From: Candidatus Latescibacterota bacterium
Lineage (GTDB): Bacteria; Latescibacterota; UBA2968; GCA-2709665
Reading direction: 5' to 3'
DNA length: 64,000 nt
Assembly: GCA_965237675.1 (NCBI GenBank)
Contig: OZ250150.1
Span: 1,856,001-1,920,000 of the forward strand
The stretch's first letter is position 1. Each line of letters begins with the position of its first letter. The notes beneath the pieces were generated by a model that saw only the letters and a list, made by a program, of their open reading frames with translations, was not told the origin of the DNA and did not search any database. The translations under genes and the position numbers were made by a program. This document shows, one piece after another, positions 60,345 to 64,000 of this stretch.

Positions 60345-61081
60345 GTGCCATTGGATTACACCAGGTACGCGCGTGACGAGGACGTGGCGTTTTTCCAGCG
60401 CGAACTGGCATCGTTCGTGCCCGATACAGGGTTTACGACGCCCACTGCCATCTGGACGTGCCGGGCAGCGGGCAGCCGCTGGTGAAAGATTTCGAAGAGG
60501 GTGTCGATCACGCCGGGTATGTGCGTCTGATGGACTGCATGATGCCGGGGAGGGATATCGCGGCGAATTTCATTTCGTTCCATACGAGCCCGGAGTGGCA
60601 TGCCAGTTCCAACGAATGGACGGCCAGACAGGCGGCGCTCGATTCCCGCTGCAGCCGCGCGCAGACCGCTGGGGATTTTAAGACAGCTTCTTAAGCCCGA
60701 CGACGATCCGGAATGGGTGCGGCAGGTGGCGAAGCGGCTGGGCCTGAGCGGGCTGAAGTGCTATCATCTCCAGGCGCCGAGACACCCGTCGTGGGAGGAG
60801 GGCCGGCCCACGTGGGATGCGGATATCTGCGATTATCTGCCGGAGTCTCTGGTGAGGGTGGCCGACGACGAGGGCTGGGTGATCACCCTGCATCCGGTCA
60901 AGCGGCGGGCGGCGGCGGATCCGGCGAATATCCACTGGATACGCCGCTACTGCGAGACGTTTCCAAATATGAAACTGATCCTGGCGCACTCCGCGCGAGG
61001 GTTTCAGCCGGCGCACAATCTCGAGGGTCTGTCGCGGTTGGAGGGACTGGAGAATCTGTATTTCGATTGCAGTGTCAACTG
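60345..61081 (+). pseudogene. Disrupted amidohydrolase family gene
   Basis: Pieces in different frames: FFQRELASFVPD / VYDAHCHL (HxH) / KPDDDPEWVRQ..GLKCYH..ITLH..LILAHSARGF..NLYFDCSVN, then truncated; a MITE-end sequence is inserted at 60650-60691. Confidence 0.75.
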
Positions 61082-61224
61082 TTTTCTCGTGGTCCGGGCG
61101 GTGATTGTGGCCTGGGTGGTGGCTGTGGAGTTGTTTGCGGTCTTGGAGGCGGTGCCGGTCTCGGGCTTGCGGGATTGCGCGGCGGCCTTATGGCTCTTCC
61201 CTCTCCGCCCCTTTCTCCCATCAT
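61075..61224 (-). CDS. Small proline-rich ORF (49 aa) coupled to the upstream gene
   Basis: ATGA overlap with the stop of 61221-61736; MMGERGGEGRAIRPPRNPASPRPAPPPRPQTTPQPPPRPQSPPGPRENS. Confidence 0.35.
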   Translation of the reverse strand: MMGERGGEGRAIRPPRNPASPRPAPPPRPQTTPQPPPRPQSPPGPRENS

Positions 61225-61736
61225 GCCTCCCTGATTGAATATTGATCGACCAGCGAATCATCTGCTTCTCTTTGGCTTTTGATGTTGAATTTGTCATTTA
61301 CCGAGATATCTGCCCAACCAGGAATGCTTGTTGCCCTCTCGCCGGATTCAATAAGATCCATCAGTATGTCGTAGGCTTCATTATTGTCTATCGCGTTGTT
61401 TTCTATCTTCGACCACAACGCTTTGTGTTTGTCCTGCAAATCAAAACACATGACGCTAACCGCATGAAGACTGGCGGATTTTCTTGCATGATTCCCAAGT
61501 AGGCCAAGCACACTAACTGCAACAATGCCCAGATCTACTATGACTTCAGCCAGCCTACCTATGTAGTCCGAAAACATAAAGCGACCAGCCCCGGCTATTG
61601 CGCAGAGCGCAAGTCCTATCATGATGGCATTGTGTCGCCTGCGATAATAACGAGAAAGTTCATCGTAGTATCTGGCCGCCCTCTCTACATCCAGATACTC
61701 ATTCCAGGCCATCCTTCGAGTAGCGTCACTGACCAT
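61221..61736 (-). CDS. Two-TM hypothetical protein with SLATT-like architecture
   Basis: 171 aa; N-terminal helix ..RYYDELSRYYRRRH, two TM helices, helical C-terminus; GGAGG RBS; lower GC. Confidence 0.65.
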   Translation of the reverse strand: MVSDATRRMAWNEYLDVERAARYYDELSRYYRRRHNAIMIGLALCAIAGAGRFMFSDYIGRLAEVIVDLGIVAVSVLGLLGNHARKSASLHAVSVMCFDLQDKHKALWSKIENNAIDNNEAYDILMDLIESGERATSIPGWADISVNDKFNIKSQREADDSLVDQYSIREA

Positions 61737-62030
61737 GGCGGACCTCCGAAGTCAACTACATCCCTTCGCAACGACAAAACGCGGGCTTCATCCTCTTGAC
61801 TACAGAAACAAGGTACCGGATCGCACCTGGCGAGTCAAATGAATATCGAAGGTCCGGGCTCGGTACTTGAAGCCATTTCACCCGATTGCTCGTCCTCTCC
61901 ACCCGATATACTATATTAAACTCGGAGGGAAAGTCGTCTCACGATATATTGTCACTTAGGGACCTCGTAATGGGACTCCCGACACGTCCGGTTCACGTTG
62001 TAATTAAACATCGAAGATTTGGTGAACGAA

Positions 62031-62957
62031 ATGGCCGAAAACGAAAGTCCCACGTTAGAAAGTACGTTACTAAAGGTTTTCGAATCGATACGCGAAAAAC
62101 TGGAGTTTCGGGCGCCGGCACTTCAGCATCCAGAAGAATCCGTATTGGAGCACCTCATTCAAGCTGCAACGTCGAAATGCCTCGAGTTCAATCTTGCAGC
62201 AAATTCAGATGAGAATCACGCTCCATCGTTTTTATTTATAAGTAATCTCAGGGGAATCTGCGAGGACCTGATATGTTTGGCCTACTTGACGCGATTGGAA
62301 CAGAAGAGAGCAAATAAATTGATCTGGCTCAAGATTCGCCACGATTACATGAGGGGCTTGCAGGCCCAACGGCGATTTTTCCGTGCAAATAATCCTGCAC
62401 AGCATGTCCTGGCTAGTAGCCCAGAGCCAAGCGAGGAGGAACGAGAGGTTAAGGAATCGAAGAGAGAAGTTCGTGAGAATTGGCCATCCATTAGAAAACT
62501 CACGGAGAAGCTAAAGCTCGAATTCACTTACGACTTCATATATTTCGCTACATCGAATTTCGTTCACTTCAATCCAAATTCACTATTTCGTACAGGCTGG
62601 GGATCTGAATCTGGTCCATTTTCCTTTTCGATCCGAAACATGGATCCGTACTACCGACGATTCGGTAGTCTGTACGGAGCCATTTTGTTCATTGGCTTTC
62701 ATGCGGCATTCGAAGTCGATTACTTTAGCTGCTCCGTCGAATCGGACATCGATCGGCTAATTGAAATTATCGGAGCGGTCCCTCGATGGCCGGAGATAAT
62801 CACACTTGAAGAAATGAACAAACCATACAAATTCAATCCGCTCGTCTACGCTGTAGTGAAAAGAATGCGTGAACGGAGTCAAGGTCCTGCGAATGAAGGA
62901 ATACTGAAAGAGATTCTAAGTTTGAAGGCCGCAATAAGACCTGTGGCCACGCGCTGA
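62031..62957 (+). CDS. Hypothetical protein, DUF5677-like
   Basis: LRGICEDLI.LAYL and YDFIY..TSNFVH motifs; lower GC. Confidence 0.6.
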   Translation: MAENESPTLESTLLKVFESIREKLEFRAPALQHPEESVLEHLIQAATSKCLEFNLAANSDENHAPSFLFISNLRGICEDLICLAYLTRLEQKRANKLIWLKIRHDYMRGLQAQRRFFRANNPAQHVLASSPEPSEEEREVKESKREVRENWPSIRKLTEKLKLEFTYDFIYFATSNFVHFNPNSLFRTGWGSESGPFSFSIRNMDPYYRRFGSLYGAILFIGFHAAFEVDYFSCSVESDIDRLIEIIGAVPRWPEIITLEEMNKPYKFNPLVYAVVKRMRERSQGPANEGILKEILSLKAAIRPVATR

Positions 62958-63142
62958 CATTTCTTTTGTGCCCCGTTGCGAGGACCGGATGCAGGAGTAT
63001 CGAATAACGTGAGATTTGATGCAGGAGGGTGTTAGGACGAGGGAGGCGGGCAAAGCCCGAGGGAGCGTTATCGAGGCAGAGTGTATCGCTATCAGATTTG
63101 GTGTGGAATCCCTAGCTCAAACCGTGTCCACCGGCGTTCGAT

Positions 63143-63721
63143 TCACCCACCCGGTTGAGCATTCGATAGTCGGATTCGCTTCACAATGTCATCTATACCG
63201 GGCGAGTATTGTCCCCCGGTTGAGACATGGATGGCGGGCACGTCGAAATCCGGAGCGGTATAGTTGCCGGGAGGCGCGATTTCACCAGTGCGCCTGTAGA
63301 CTTCGACGCGTTTGTCGCCGTGGTAGTACTCCCGATTTGGATCCTCCAGACCGCGCCGGAGATGGCGCGTTGCCGCCACCATCGCGTCGACGATGCATAC
63401 GACGATGAACGGATCTGACAATTCAAGGATCCGGGGAATTCTCGGTTCCCAAACCCGATGCTGAAACCCCGCCTCTATAACGACAGAGATCTTTGCGGCG
63501 AGATACTGATTTACAATCGTAAAGAAGAGGTCAGAGATCACGCTATTGGTGTCCGGCGGAAGCTGATCGTGCTTCACGCCATGCGTGTTGACGTAGCCTT
63601 CCTTGATCTCGTCGCGGCTGATGACCGGCATCCACAGCCTGTCGGCGAGCTTCCTGGATAAAGTCGTTTTTCCTGAACCCGGCCGGCCGGTGACAATAAT
63701 GCAAGTGGGTTTGCGGCTCAC
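63143..63721 (-). CDS. P-loop kinase (AAA_33-like)
   Basis: IIVTGRPGSGKTT, ISRDEIKE, SVVIE. Confidence 0.85.
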   Translation of the reverse strand: MSRKPTCIIVTGRPGSGKTTLSRKLADRLWMPVISRDEIKEGYVNTHGVKHDQLPPDTNSVISDLFFTIVNQYLAAKISVVIEAGFQHRVWEPRIPRILELSDPFIVVCIVDAMVAATRHLRRGLEDPNREYYHGDKRVEVYRRTGEIAPPGNYTAPDFDVPAIHVSTGGQYSPGIDDIVKRIRLSNAQPGG

Positions 63722-63813
63722 GTGTTCGTCTGCCCGAACTCGTCCTTAACCAGGCTGTAGATTTCGTAGTAGACGAATACGCTCTGGCCCTTTTGGCAGG
63801 TTCGGGACGGCAT
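63718..63813 (-). pseudogene. Fragment of a GWxTD-protein C-terminal domain
   Basis: MPSRTCQKGQSVFVYYEIYSLVKDEFGQTNT* aligns by eye with IPTRTYGRGHSVYVYYEIYNLARDTFGRT of the 13646-15979 protein. Confidence 0.7.
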
Positions 63814-64000
63814 CCGTATTCAACTTGACTTCACGGGCGTTCTGTGATACTTTTATCATCATAGGCTCCTTTCGTATGAGGGTACAGTCTTCTTCCACGA
63901 GACTGCTGTATCCAATTTACATCGGAGCCTTTTCCATTTCAACCAGGATAGGCACAATCCCCTTCCTCCTGAGCCGCACGAAACAGCCCATGCGTTTGCC

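Noticed and set aside
63001-63040. Integron attC site (TCCTAAC...GTTATTC on the minus strand)
   Set aside because: Too short, poor internal symmetry, and no integrase or other attC sites nearby.
13646-63813. Diversity-generating retroelement (GWxTD fragment as template repeat)
   Set aside because: No reverse transcriptase in the window, and the differences are not adenine-specific.

Overview
GC-rich bacterial chromosomal segment with about 45 protein-coding genes and no rRNA, tRNA, CRISPR array or intact transposase. The gene content (four PhyH-like dioxygenases, one fused to HEAT repeats; three TPR-GWxTD proteins; paired enolase-superfamily, Ldh-family and aldo/keto reductases) suggests a Latescibacterota/Poribacteria-like heterotroph, but this is inference only. 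Main modules: a small GIY-YIG nuclease embedded in a 182-bp-period array of inverted REP-like hairpins; a GntR/ABC operon with three paralogous permeases; an ECF sigma/zinc anti-sigma pair followed by two TPR-GWxTD genes; an AT-rich Type II restriction-modification pair; a tandemly duplicated beta-helix lipoprotein; parE-parC; and a long run of small-molecule metabolic enzymes. Most notable signals not explained by the ORF track: (1) a probable selenoprotein split at an in-frame UGA (C-V-U, resembling eukaryotic SelN) at 33888-35078; (2) the GIY-YIG/REP array with compensatory base changes; (3) a candidate structured or switching ncRNA at about 35590-35960 on the minus strand; (4) several MITE-like elements and gene fragments.
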